DNA of 32,000 nucleotides, from NCBI GenBank assembly GCA_017436915.1, contig JAFSCE010000013.1, positions 16,028 through 48,027 of the forward strand. Direction: 5' to 3'. Position numbers and translations under genes: made by a program. Source of the stretch: Clostridia bacterium (GTDB lineage: Bacteria > Bacillota > Clostridia > Oscillospirales > Acutalibacteraceae). Below, in pieces: positions 24,567 through 31,808 of this stretch (positions are counted from its first letter, which is position 1; each line of letters starts with the position of its first letter). The notes beneath the pieces were generated by a model. That model was not told the origin of the DNA. It ran no database searches and worked only from the letters and a program-made list of their open reading frames with translations.

Positions 24567-25829
24567 ATGGCTCCACTTGCAGATCGCATGCGCCCGAATA
24601 CGTTGGACGATATGGTCGGTCAACAGCATTTACTCAGTCAAGGAAAAGCGCTGCGCAATATTATTGAATCGGGTAAAATCCCGAATCTTATCTTTTACGG
24701 CCCGTCGGGTGTGGGGAAGACCACCCTCGCACGGATCATTGCTCAGCGCACGTCTATGCGCTTACATAAGCTTAATGGCACCACTGCCTCTACTGCTGAT
24801 ATTCGCGCGGTGTTGGAGGAAGTGGATACCTTTGCCGGTGCCAACGGCATTTTGCTGTATTTGGACGAGATCCAGTATTTCAATAAAAAGCAACAGCAAA
24901 CGCTGCTTGAGCATATTGAAAACGGTAATATCACGTTAATCGCCTCCACCACTGAAAATCCGTATTTCTATGTATACAGCGCTATTTTAAGCCGTTCCAC
25001 GGTGTTTGAGTTCAAAACCGTGGAAGCGGATGAAGTCGCCGATGCGGTGCGCCGCGGATTTGCGTTTTTGGCGGAAGAACAAGGTCGGAAGATCACGGCA
25101 GACGATGAGACCGTCATGTGCATTGCACAAGGTTGCGGCGGTGACGTGCGCAAATCGCTCAACGCCGTGGAACTCAGCGTACTGGCAACCAAACCGGATG
25201 AAAACGGCGATCTGACCGTTACCATAGATACTGCCCGCGAAGTCGCTCAAAAGAGTGCCATGCGGTACGATAAAGACGGTGATGAGCATTACGACCTGCT
25301 TTCGGCCTTTCAAAAATCGTTGCGCGGCTCGGATGAAAATGCCGCCGTCCATTACCTGGCACGCTTGTTAGAAGCGGGCGACCTGCCGTCGGTTTGCCGT
25401 CGTTTGGTCGTGTGTGCCGCCGAAGACGTGGGTCTTGCTTATCCGCAGATCATTCCCATCGTGAAAGCAGCGGTGGACAGTGCGTTGCAGGTGGGCTTGC
25501 CGGAGGCGCGTATTCCGCTGGCGGACGCGGTCATTTTGGTGGCGCGCGCGCCAAAATCCAATTCCGGTGAAGCGGCGATCGACGCCGCACTCGCGGACAT
25601 TCGATCGGGGAAGGCCGGTCCCATCCCGCGTTGCTTGCAAAACAAGCATTTTGACGGAGAAGACGCCGCTCGAAAAGGCCAATTTTACGAGTACCCGCAC
25701 AGTTATCCGCATCACTGGGTAAAGCAACAATACTTGCCGGATAATTTGAAGGATGCCGTGTACTACGTGCCGGGTGAAAATAAGACTGAACAATCCTTTG
25801 AGGATTACTGGAAGAATATTAAGAAATAG
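24567..25829 (+). CDS. rarA: Replication-associated recombination protein A (RarA/MgsA AAA+ ATPase)
   Basis: MAPLADRMRPNTLDDMVGQQHLL, Walker A GPSGVGKTT, Walker B LYLDEIQYFNK, C-terminal MgsA region (HYDLLSAFQKSLRGSD..AVHYLARLLEAGD, YEYPHSYP). Confidence 0.92.
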   Translation: MAPLADRMRPNTLDDMVGQQHLLSQGKALRNIIESGKIPNLIFYGPSGVGKTTLARIIAQRTSMRLHKLNGTTASTADIRAVLEEVDTFAGANGILLYLDEIQYFNKKQQQTLLEHIENGNITLIASTTENPYFYVYSAILSRSTVFEFKTVEADEVADAVRRGFAFLAEEQGRKITADDETVMCIAQGCGGDVRKSLNAVELSVLATKPDENGDLTVTIDTAREVAQKSAMRYDKDGDEHYDLLSAFQKSLRGSDENAAVHYLARLLEAGDLPSVCRRLVVCAAEDVGLAYPQIIPIVKAAVDSALQVGLPEARIPLADAVILVARAPKSNSGEAAIDAALADIRSGKAGPIPRCLQNKHFDGEDAARKGQFYEYPHSYPHHWVKQQYLPDNLKDAVYYVPGENKTEQSFEDYWKNIKK

Positions 25830-25838
25830 GCAGAAAAC

Positions 25839-25870
25839 GGGAAAAATCGGAAGGTTTTTCCTGTTTTTTT
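25839..25870 (+). terminator. Intrinsic terminator after rarA
   Basis: GGGAAAAA (25839-25846) / TTTTTCCT (25855-25862), followed by T7 (25864-25870). Confidence 0.55.
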
Positions 25871-25909
25871 GCGCTGATTCGCTAAATTTCAGAAAAACCG
25901 TAAAACATA

Positions 25910-25938
25910 TTGACATTATAAGCAAAAATCGGTATAGT
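25910..25938 (+). promoter_or_regulatory. SigA-type promoter of the pot operon
   Basis: TTGACA (25910-25915), 17-nt spacer, TATAGT (25933-25938). This leaves a leader of about 205 nt before ATG 26149. Confidence 0.6.
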
Positions 25939-25944
25939 TGTATT

Positions 25945-26148
25945 CGTTGTTATCACTTGATGACACGCATCTTGGCACAACCAAAAGCGATATGAGGCAT
26001 CGCCGCAGCCGCGGCATTTTTTGACGGCTGTGAAAAACCCTTTGCGGAGGGCGTTGCTCAAAGTATCGCGGTTTCCTTCCATGAGGTACATGGGAAACTT
26101 TTGTATACAGCGTGATGCTGTATATACACCGCAAAGGGGGATGCTGTT
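25945..26148 (+). promoter_or_regulatory. Long structured 5' leader of potABCD with a predicted SD-sequestering helix (class unknown)
   Basis: CCCTTTGCGG (26038-26047) is a perfect complement of CCGCAAAGGG (26129-26138), and the latter contains the potA SD (AAGGGGG). The helix encloses two hairpins (26072-26097; 26104-26124). Three more hairpins lie upstream (25948-25963, 25987-26003, 26006-26030). Confidence 0.45.
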
Positions 26149-27294
26149 ATGCACACAAAAGAAATCATTTCACTTAAGGACATTACCGTTTCATTTGACG
26201 GGGAAAAGGTGTTGGATGGGTTAAACCTCAACATCTCCGACGGAGAGTTCGTCACGCTGCTGGGTCCGTCCGGCTGCGGCAAGACGACGACGCTGCGTAT
26301 TATCGGCGGCTTCGTTTTCCCGGATAGCGGCAATGTCTTTTTTGACGGCAAAGACATGACAGAACTGCCAGCACACAAACGGCAGGTCAATACCATTTTC
26401 CAACGCTACGCGTTGTTCCCGCATCTAAACGTGGAGGACAACGTGGCATTTGGTATGCGCGTACAGCGCAAGGATAAAGCGGAGATCCGTGAAACGGTCG
26501 ATCACATGTTGAAACTTGTCAACTTGGTTGGCTTTAATAAGCGCCGCATTGATACGCTCTCAGGCGGTCAGCAACAGCGCGTGGCGATCGCGCGTGCCCT
26601 TGCCAACAATCCGCGGGTGTTGCTTTTGGACGAACCGCTTGCGGCACTGGATCTGAAACTACGCAAGGATATGCAGGTGGAACTGAAGAATATTCAAAAG
26701 AGTTTGGGGATTACCTTTATCTACGTCACGCACGACCAAGAGGAAGCACTCTCGATGTCGGATACTGTAGTGGTCATGGACAACGGCAAGATCCAACAGA
26801 TCGGCACGCCACAGGATATTTACAACGAGCCGAAAAACGCGTTTGTGGCCGACTTTATCGGCGAGAGTAATATCTTAGACGGTATCATGCACGAGGATTA
26901 CCTGGTGGAGTTTTTCGGTCGTAAGTTCCGTTGCTTGGACGCGGGCTTTGAGAAAAAAGAGCCGGTAGATGTCGTTATCCGTCCGGAGGATATTGATATC
27001 GTTCCCGCAGACAAGGGCGATCTGATCGGAACGGTCACAGCTGTTACCTTTAAAGGTGTACATTTTGAAACCATCGTGGATTTCAAGGGCTTTAAATGGA
27101 TGATTCAAACCACCGATTATTACCCGGTAGATTCTGTTATCGGTATTGTTCTGAATCCCGAAGATATTCACATTATGAAAAAATCGGAGTACTCCGGTGA
27201 GTTTGGCGACTACAGTTCGTATTCCGAAGAATTTGATGAAATGGCTAACCCCGAGATCGATCTGACCGAGGATGCCGCGGAGGCAGAGGGATGA
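26149..27294 (+). CDS. potA: Spermidine/putrescine ABC transporter ATP-binding protein
   Basis: Walker [25 protein letters not shown], Walker [20 protein letters not shown], and a C-terminal TOBE-like region. Followed by potBCD. Confidence 0.9.
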   Translation: MHTKEIISLKDITVSFDGEKVLDGLNLNISDGEFVTLLGPSGCGKTTTLRIIGGFVFPDSGNVFFDGKDMTELPAHKRQVNTIFQRYALFPHLNVEDNVAFGMRVQRKDKAEIRETVDHMLKLVNLVGFNKRRIDTLSGGQQQRVAIARALANNPRVLLLDEPLAALDLKLRKDMQVELKNIQKSLGITFIYVTHDQEEALSMSDTVVVMDNGKIQQIGTPQDIYNEPKNAFVADFIGESNILDGIMHEDYLVEFFGRKFRCLDAGFEKKEPVDVVIRPEDIDIVPADKGDLIGTVTAVTFKGVHFETIVDFKGFKWMIQTTDYYPVDSVIGIVLNPEDIHIMKKSEYSGEFGDYSSYSEEFDEMANPEIDLTEDAAEAEG

Positions 27295-28115
27295 TCAAAT
27301 CGAAAGGGGCGGCCGCACCGTTCGCGGTATGGATGGCGCTGTTTACCGTTATCCCGCTCGGTATCGTTTTGTGGTTTGCGTTTACCGATGGCGGCGGTAA
27401 CTTTACGCTGTCAAATTTATCATCTATTGTAGATTATGCCGGCACGTTTGGCATTTCCATTGCACTTGGGGCAGTCGCAACCGTGATCTGCCTTATTTTG
27501 GCATTTCCGCTTGCGTACACCATTTCACGTGCGCAGGGCCGCATGCAGCAGACGATGGTCATGATTATCATGCTGCCGATGTGGATGAATTTCTTGCTTC
27601 GTACGTATGCATGGATGTCCATTTTGGAAAACAACGGCTTCATCAATCAGTTATTGCGCCTTATCGGGCTGTTGCCGGAGGGGCAATCGTTGACACTGAT
27701 CAATACAAACGGAGCTGTTATCTTGGGCATGGTATACAACTTCTTGCCCTTTATGGTACTGCCTTTGTATTCGGTTATGGCGAAGATTGACAACAGTGTG
27801 ATCGAAGCCGCGCAGGATCTTGGTTCAAACATTTTGCAGGTGTTCCGCAAGGTTATCATCCCGCTGTCGGTACCCGGTATGCTCAGTGGGATCACCATGG
27901 TCTTTGTGCCTGCTGTCAGTACTTTCGTTATTACGAAGCTGCTCGGTGGCAGTAAAACGTTGATGATCGGCGATACCATTGAAACCATGTTTATCGGTCA
28001 AGGCGCGGACTATCACGTTGGCGCTACCTTGTCGCTCGTGTTAATGGTCATGATCCTCATTTGCATGGCCGTTACCGGTATGGTGGACCAAGGAGAGGAG
28101 GATGACCTCTCGTGA
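27291..28115 (+). CDS. potB: Spermidine/putrescine ABC transporter permease
   Basis: 6-TM BPD-type permease with an EAA-like loop ([26 protein letters not shown]). ATGA overlap with potA. Confidence 0.85.
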   Translation: MIKSKGAAAPFAVWMALFTVIPLGIVLWFAFTDGGGNFTLSNLSSIVDYAGTFGISIALGAVATVICLILAFPLAYTISRAQGRMQQTMVMIIMLPMWMNFLLRTYAWMSILENNGFINQLLRLIGLLPEGQSLTLINTNGAVILGMVYNFLPFMVLPLYSVMAKIDNSVIEAAQDLGSNILQVFRKVIIPLSVPGMLSGITMVFVPAVSTFVITKLLGGSKTLMIGDTIETMFIGQGADYHVGATLSLVLMVMILICMAVTGMVDQGEEDDLS

Positions 28116-28918
28116 AAACTCTCTCTCGCATTTATAACGCTTTAATTTTCGCATTTTTGTATGCGCCGATCGTGGTGCTCATTATTTTCTCGTTCAACGA
28201 TTCCAAGAGCCGCGTCGTTTGGAATGGCTTCTCGTTACGTTGGTATGAAGAATTGTTCCGTGATGAAGAAATTTTGGCAGCACTGGGCGTTACATTGTCA
28301 GTTGCTGTTATTGCAACCATTGTTTCTACGATCATCGGTACGCTGGCGGCGATCGGTATTCGCAGTGTCAACCGTCGTTTGGGGAAAGTGCTGTTGGCGG
28401 TTAACAATTTCCCGATGGTAAACCCCGAAATCGTCACCGGTATTTCTCTGATGCTGTTGTTCGTGTTTATTTATCGGACGACGGGTCTGTTACAACCGGG
28501 ATATGCGACGTTGCTGTTGTCGCACATCACGTTTTGTATTCCGTACGTAATTTTACAGGTGATGCCGAAACTCAGACAAGCAAATCCGCACCTGTATGAG
28601 GCGGCGGTGGACCTCGGTTGCCCGCCTGTTTCTGCTTTTTTTAAGGTGATGGTACCGGAGATCTTCCCGGGTATCCTTACCGGTGCTCTTATGGCATTTA
28701 CCATGTCATTAGATGATTTTGTTATCAGCTTGTTCACGTCGGGTGCTTCTGCGCAAAATTTATCGGTTACAATCTATGCAATGGTTAAACGGCGTGTCAC
28801 ACCGGAGATTAACGCACTCTCAACATTGATGTTTGGCGCGGTGCTGATCTTGTTGGTGCTTATCAACGTGTTGCAGATTCGCTCGGAGCCCTCGCGTAAA
28901 GGAGGGAAAGCCAAATGA
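28112..28918 (+). CDS. potC: Spermidine/putrescine ABC transporter permease
   Basis: 6-TM BPD-type permease with an EAA-like loop (YEAAVDLGCPPVSAFFKVMVPEIFPG). GTG start overlaps the potB stop (GTGA). Confidence 0.85.
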   Translation: MKTLSRIYNALIFAFLYAPIVVLIIFSFNDSKSRVVWNGFSLRWYEELFRDEEILAALGVTLSVAVIATIVSTIIGTLAAIGIRSVNRRLGKVLLAVNNFPMVNPEIVTGISLMLLFVFIYRTTGLLQPGYATLLLSHITFCIPYVILQVMPKLRQANPHLYEAAVDLGCPPVSAFFKVMVPEIFPGILTGALMAFTMSLDDFVISLFTSGASAQNLSVTIYAMVKRRVTPEINALSTLMFGAVLILLVLINVLQIRSEPSRKGGKAK

Positions 28919-30075
28919 AACGTGTGTTAAGTATCACCTTGGTTTTCCTTGTGCTGTTGTGCGCTTTGATCCCGTCGGTTTCGGCTGAAGAAATTGATAC
29001 GAATGTTACGCTCAACGTGTATAACTGGGGCGAATATATTGATCCTACCGTTAACGACTTGTTCACGGCGGAAACCGGTATCAAGGTCAACTACAAGAAT
29101 TTTACCGATAACGAAAGTATGTACGCGGTGTTGGATTCCGGTGCGGCGATTTACGACGTGATCGTTCCCTCCGATTACATGGTCGGAAAAATGATCAACG
29201 AGGGTAAACTGGCAAAGTTGGATTTTGCGAATATTCCGAATCTTTCAAAGATCAATCCCTCTTTGCTTAATCCTTCGTACGATCCCCAAAACGAGTATTC
29301 CGTGCCGTACACGTGGGGTACGGTGGGAATTTTCTATAACACCAAGTACGTGGATGAGGCAGATTTGAAACTCGGTTGGGATCTGCTGTGGAGCGAAAAA
29401 TACAGTGGGCGCATTTTTATGTTTGATAACCCTCGTGATGCGTTCGGTATTGCTTTGCTCAAATGCGGTTTTTCGCTGAATACCCAAAGTCTTGCCGAAT
29501 GGGATACCGCTTACGAGGTGTTGCGTGAGCAAAAACCGGTCCTGCACCAATACGTCATGGACCAGGTGTACGACAAGATGATTAACGAGGAAGCGTGGAT
29601 CGCGCCGTATTATGCGGGTGATGGCATCATCATGATGGACGAGGAAGAAGGCAATCCTGCGATTGACTTTTTTGTTCCGCAAACCGGTACGAATCTGTTT
29701 GTGGATGCATTGTGCGTGCCGGCTAATTCGCCGCACAAGCGTGAAGCGGAGGAATATATCAATTTCCTTTGCCGTACTGATATTGCTCTGTTGAACGCGG
29801 AATATATTGGCTATTCCACCCCGCAGGAGGAAGCGCGTGCTGAATTGGATCCCGAGATTGGACAAAACGAAAATTTCTATCCACCGGAAGACGTGCTTGC
29901 CAAAACCGAAATGTTTGAAACCTTGCCGAACGAGATCACAACGCACATGGACACCTTATGGATGCGCTTAAAGTTGGCCGATCCGGCGTGGTCGGTCTTT
30001 ACGATCTTAGTGGGGGTTGCGGCAGTGGTGTGTTTTGTTCTCTACATCGTACGTCGTGTTCGAAGAAAGAGGTAA
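28915..30075 (+). CDS. potD: Spermidine/putrescine-binding extracellular solute-binding protein, with an extra C-terminal TM helix
   Basis: PotD/PotF-like core (LNVYNWGEYIDP, VPSDYM, YSVPYTWGT.GI.YN, FVD.L..P). N-terminal signal peptide ..IPSVSA/EE. C-terminal WSVFTILVGVAAVVCFVLYIV followed by RRVRRKR. ATGA overlap with potC. Confidence 0.88.
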   Translation: MKRVLSITLVFLVLLCALIPSVSAEEIDTNVTLNVYNWGEYIDPTVNDLFTAETGIKVNYKNFTDNESMYAVLDSGAAIYDVIVPSDYMVGKMINEGKLAKLDFANIPNLSKINPSLLNPSYDPQNEYSVPYTWGTVGIFYNTKYVDEADLKLGWDLLWSEKYSGRIFMFDNPRDAFGIALLKCGFSLNTQSLAEWDTAYEVLREQKPVLHQYVMDQVYDKMINEEAWIAPYYAGDGIIMMDEEEGNPAIDFFVPQTGTNLFVDALCVPANSPHKREAEEYINFLCRTDIALLNAEYIGYSTPQEEARAELDPEIGQNENFYPPEDVLAKTEMFETLPNEITTHMDTLWMRLKLADPAWSVFTILVGVAAVVCFVLYIVRRVRRKR

Positions 30076-30078
30076 TGT

Positions 30079-30747
30079 ATGTCACGCTTTAATACGATAC
30101 TGTTTGATTTGGACGGAACGTTGATTGATACGATCGCCGATCTTGCCGATGCAACCGAAGCGGCACTGCGCTACTCAGGTCGCGGCAGGGCAGACGGAAA
30201 GCCGGTTTATTCATTTGACGAGTATCATCAATTCGTCGGAAACGGCTGTTTAAAGCTCGTTGAGCGTGCGATGGGTGAGGCGACTCCCGAGGAGATCGCG
30301 TGCGCTTATAAGCGCTTTATGGAGATATACGACCAAAACTATTGCGTTAAGACAGCGCCGTACGACGGCATTTACGCGTTGCTTGATGAGCTTGTCAAAC
30401 GTGGTTATAAGTTGGGTATCGTTACCAACAAGCCCGAAATTCAGGCGCGCAAATTGGCGGAACTTTTATTCTCCAAGTATCCGTTCGGCTGCGTGTACGG
30501 TGGTGCGGTAGAGGGGAGACCTCACAAACCCGATCCGCAGGTCGTACAACTGGCGCTGGGCGATTTAAAGGCCACGGCTGAGGAAGCTTTGTTTGTCGGT
30601 GACTCAAACGTGGATATTCTCACGGGACATAATGCGGGGATGGTTGCCGCGGGTGCCGTGTGGGGATTCCGCGGCGAGGCAGAGCTGCGCGAAGCCGGTG
30701 CGGACATCCTGATTGATCATCCGTTGGACCTTTTGAAATATCTTTGA
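30079..30747 (+). CDS. HAD-superfamily hydrolase (phosphoglycolate phosphatase-like, subfamily IA)
   Basis: Motif I FDLDGTLIDT, motif II VTNK, motifs III/IV K...GDSNVD. Confidence 0.8.
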   Translation: MSRFNTILFDLDGTLIDTIADLADATEAALRYSGRGRADGKPVYSFDEYHQFVGNGCLKLVERAMGEATPEEIACAYKRFMEIYDQNYCVKTAPYDGIYALLDELVKRGYKLGIVTNKPEIQARKLAELLFSKYPFGCVYGGAVEGRPHKPDPQVVQLALGDLKATAEEALFVGDSNVDILTGHNAGMVAAGAVWGFRGEAELREAGADILIDHPLDLLKYL

Positions 30748-30776
30748 TTTTTTGTGCGGCACCTGCCACTTTTCTG

Positions 30777-30805
30777 TTGACAACGGTTCGAAAAAGTGAT
30801 ATGAT
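30777..30805 (+). promoter_or_regulatory. SigA-type promoter (extended -10) for the tRNA-Ser pair
   Basis: TTGACA (30777-30782), 17-nt spacer ending in TGA, TATGAT (30800-30805), 18 nt before the tRNA 5' end. Confidence 0.6.
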
Positions 30806-30823
30806 AACAGTCGTCCCTGAAAC

Positions 30824-30910
30824 GGAGAGGTGTCCGAGCGGTTTAAGGAGCCGGTCTTGAAAACCGGTGACTCGAAAGAGCCAAGGGTTCGAATCCCTTC
30901 CTCTCCGCCA
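30824..30910 (+). tRNA. tRNA-Ser (anticodon UGA), CCA encoded
   Basis: Acceptor GGAGAGG/CCTCTCC, anticodon stem-loop CCGGT-CTTGAAA-ACCGG, long variable arm, T-arm AAGGG-TTCGAAT-CCCTT, discriminator G plus CCA. Confidence 0.9.
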
Positions 30911-30964
30911 CACTTTTTTAAAGTTAATACATCGGTCATTTGCTCACCGCATTTGACCTGATAT

Positions 30965-31055
30965 GGAGAAGTACTCAAGTTGGTGACGAGGCGCCCCTGC
31001 TAAGGGCGTAGGTCGGGTAACCGGCGCGAGGGTTCGAGTCCCTCCTTCTCCGCCA
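30965..31055 (+). tRNA. tRNA-Ser (anticodon GCU), CCA encoded
   Basis: Acceptor GGAGAAG/CTTCTCC, anticodon stem-loop CGCCC-CTGCTAA-GGGCG, long variable arm, T-arm GAGGG-TTCGAGT-CCCTC, discriminator G plus CCA. Confidence 0.9.
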
Positions 31056-31092
31056 ATAACAAAAGCACCCCAACAGGGGTGCTTTTGTTATT
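31055..31092 (+). terminator. Strong intrinsic terminator after the tRNA pair
   Basis: AACAAAAGCACCCC (31058-31071) / GGGGTGCTTTTGTT (31076-31089) with loop AACA. The stem can extend with AAT/ATT into the CCA end. Confidence 0.8.
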
Positions 31093-31143
31093 CTCGAAAT
31101 GTGAGAACACGAACCCGAGCGCCGAAAGGCGCGGGCGTCGCCT

Positions 31144-31155
31144 GCGAGCGCTCGC
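31144..31155. repeat. Perfect 12-bp palindrome GCGAGCGCTCGC inside a GC-rich noncoding spacer
   Basis: Read directly from the sequence. The neighbouring GNRA-type hairpin GCGCC-GAAA-GGCGC is at 31119-31132. Confidence 0.85.
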
Positions 31156-31192
31156 GGTGCGAGATACAGCGAGCAGGGGAGGGCGCAGCGGT

Positions 31193-31231
31193 CGAAATTC
31201 CGCGAGCGATAGCGAAAAAAACGGAATTTCG
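31193..31231. repeat. 10-bp inverted repeat CGAAATTCCG ... CGGAATTTCG with 19-nt spacer
   Basis: Arms at 31193-31202 and 31222-31231, read directly from the sequence. Confidence 0.85.
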
Positions 31232-31271
31232 GGAACCGCAAGAGGGGTTGCGAAGCAACTTCGAGTCCCTC
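31229..31271 (+). pseudogene. Degenerate copy of the 3' half (variable arm plus T-arm) of tRNA-Ser(GCU), with a 13-nt hairpin insertion
   Basis: TCGGG-AACCG-CAAGAGGG (31229-31246) aligns with tRNA TCGGGTAACCGGCGCGAGGG (31013-31032). Next comes the insert GTTGCGAAGCAAC (31247-31259). TTCGAGTCCCTC (31260-31271) is then identical to tRNA positions 31033-31044. No acceptor 3' strand or CCA follows. Confidence 0.6.
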
Positions 31272-31390
31272 TTTGCTTATTTTTCTAATAACCAAAAGGT
31301 TTGTCAGTAAGAGCAATAAATCGTTGCTCGACTTTTTGTTGCGGTTGCTGTATGCTTGTTTTAGAAATTCAGATTGGTAGGGAACTAACT

Positions 31391-31696
31391 ATGGTTGATA
31401 AGCACATTAAATCATTCTGTGAAAGAAAGAATATTACTCAGGCGGAGATGGCAGAACAATTGTGTGTTACTCGTCAAGCGGTTTCTAGTTGGGAAAATGG
31501 AAAAACAGAACCGGATATTGATATGCTGAATAAAATTGCGTCGGTTTTAGGAGTTTCGGTTGAGGAACTGATTTATGGATCGAAAAGTGATACGAATGTC
31601 GTCCACAACCACAACACAATACAAATATATCACAAAGAATATTACAAAAGGTTTATTTTTTGGTTCGGCACTGGCTATGATTATTTCGTATGTTAA
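31391..31696 (+). CDS. XRE-family helix-turn-helix protein (3' end probably frameshifted)
   Basis: ERKNITQAEMAEQLCVTRQAVSSWENGKTEPDIDMLNKIASVLGVSVEELIYG is a canonical Cro/C1-type HTH. The region is AT-rich. Confidence 0.75.
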   Translation: MVDKHIKSFCERKNITQAEMAEQLCVTRQAVSSWENGKTEPDIDMLNKIASVLGVSVEELIYGSKSDTNVVHNHNTIQIYHKEYYKRFIFWFGTGYDYFVC

Positions 31697-31784
31697 GTGG
31701 CAGTCTATCGGATGGGCGATTTTGCACGGAGTACTAAATTGGGTATATGTCGTATATTACATTATCAGATACGGATTGAGTTAA
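31575..31784 (+). CDS. Overlapping-frame ORF encoding a 2-TM tail; probably the true C-terminus of the XRE protein rather than a separate gene
   Basis: Frame +1 relative to the HTH ORF. It reads ..GLFFGSALAMIISYVKWQSIGWAILHGVLNWVYVVYYIIRYGLS and ends directly at the terminator (31783-31807). Its ATGs have no convincing RBS. Confidence 0.4.
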   Translation: MDRKVIRMSSTTTTQYKYITKNITKGLFFGSALAMIISYVKWQSIGWAILHGVLNWVYVVYYIIRYGLS

Positions 31785-31807
31785 AGGCACCCTGCTGGGT
31801 GCCTTTT
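31783..31807. terminator. Bidirectional terminator between the XRE gene and the convergent ATPase gene
   Basis: AAAGGCACCC (31783-31792) / GGGTGCCTTT (31797-31806) with loop TGCT, followed by T. Confidence 0.75.
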
Positions 31808-31808
31808 G

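Noticed and set aside
25992-26024. Arg-rich 10-codon uORF (MRHRRSRGIF) in the pot leader, as a possible leader peptide.
   Set aside because: No Shine-Dalgarno lies upstream (AAAAGCGAT precedes the ATG). It overlaps two predicted hairpins, so chance occurrence is more likely. It would only be worth revisiting if conserved in relatives.
26021-26224. 67-aa ORF spanning the pot leader and the potA start, and the 90-aa - strand ORF at 25882-26154.
   Set aside because: Neither has an RBS or a motif. Both overlap the promoter, leader or potA start, and the region is better explained as structured noncoding RNA.
30604-31316. ORFs on the - strand (30604-30978, 30620-30913, 30975-31316) and on the + strand (31079-31288, 31101-31310) around the tRNA genes.
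   Set aside because: They overlap two well-formed tRNA-Ser genes, the terminator and the palindromic GC-rich spacer. Their translations are Arg/Gly/Ser-rich nonsense with no start context.
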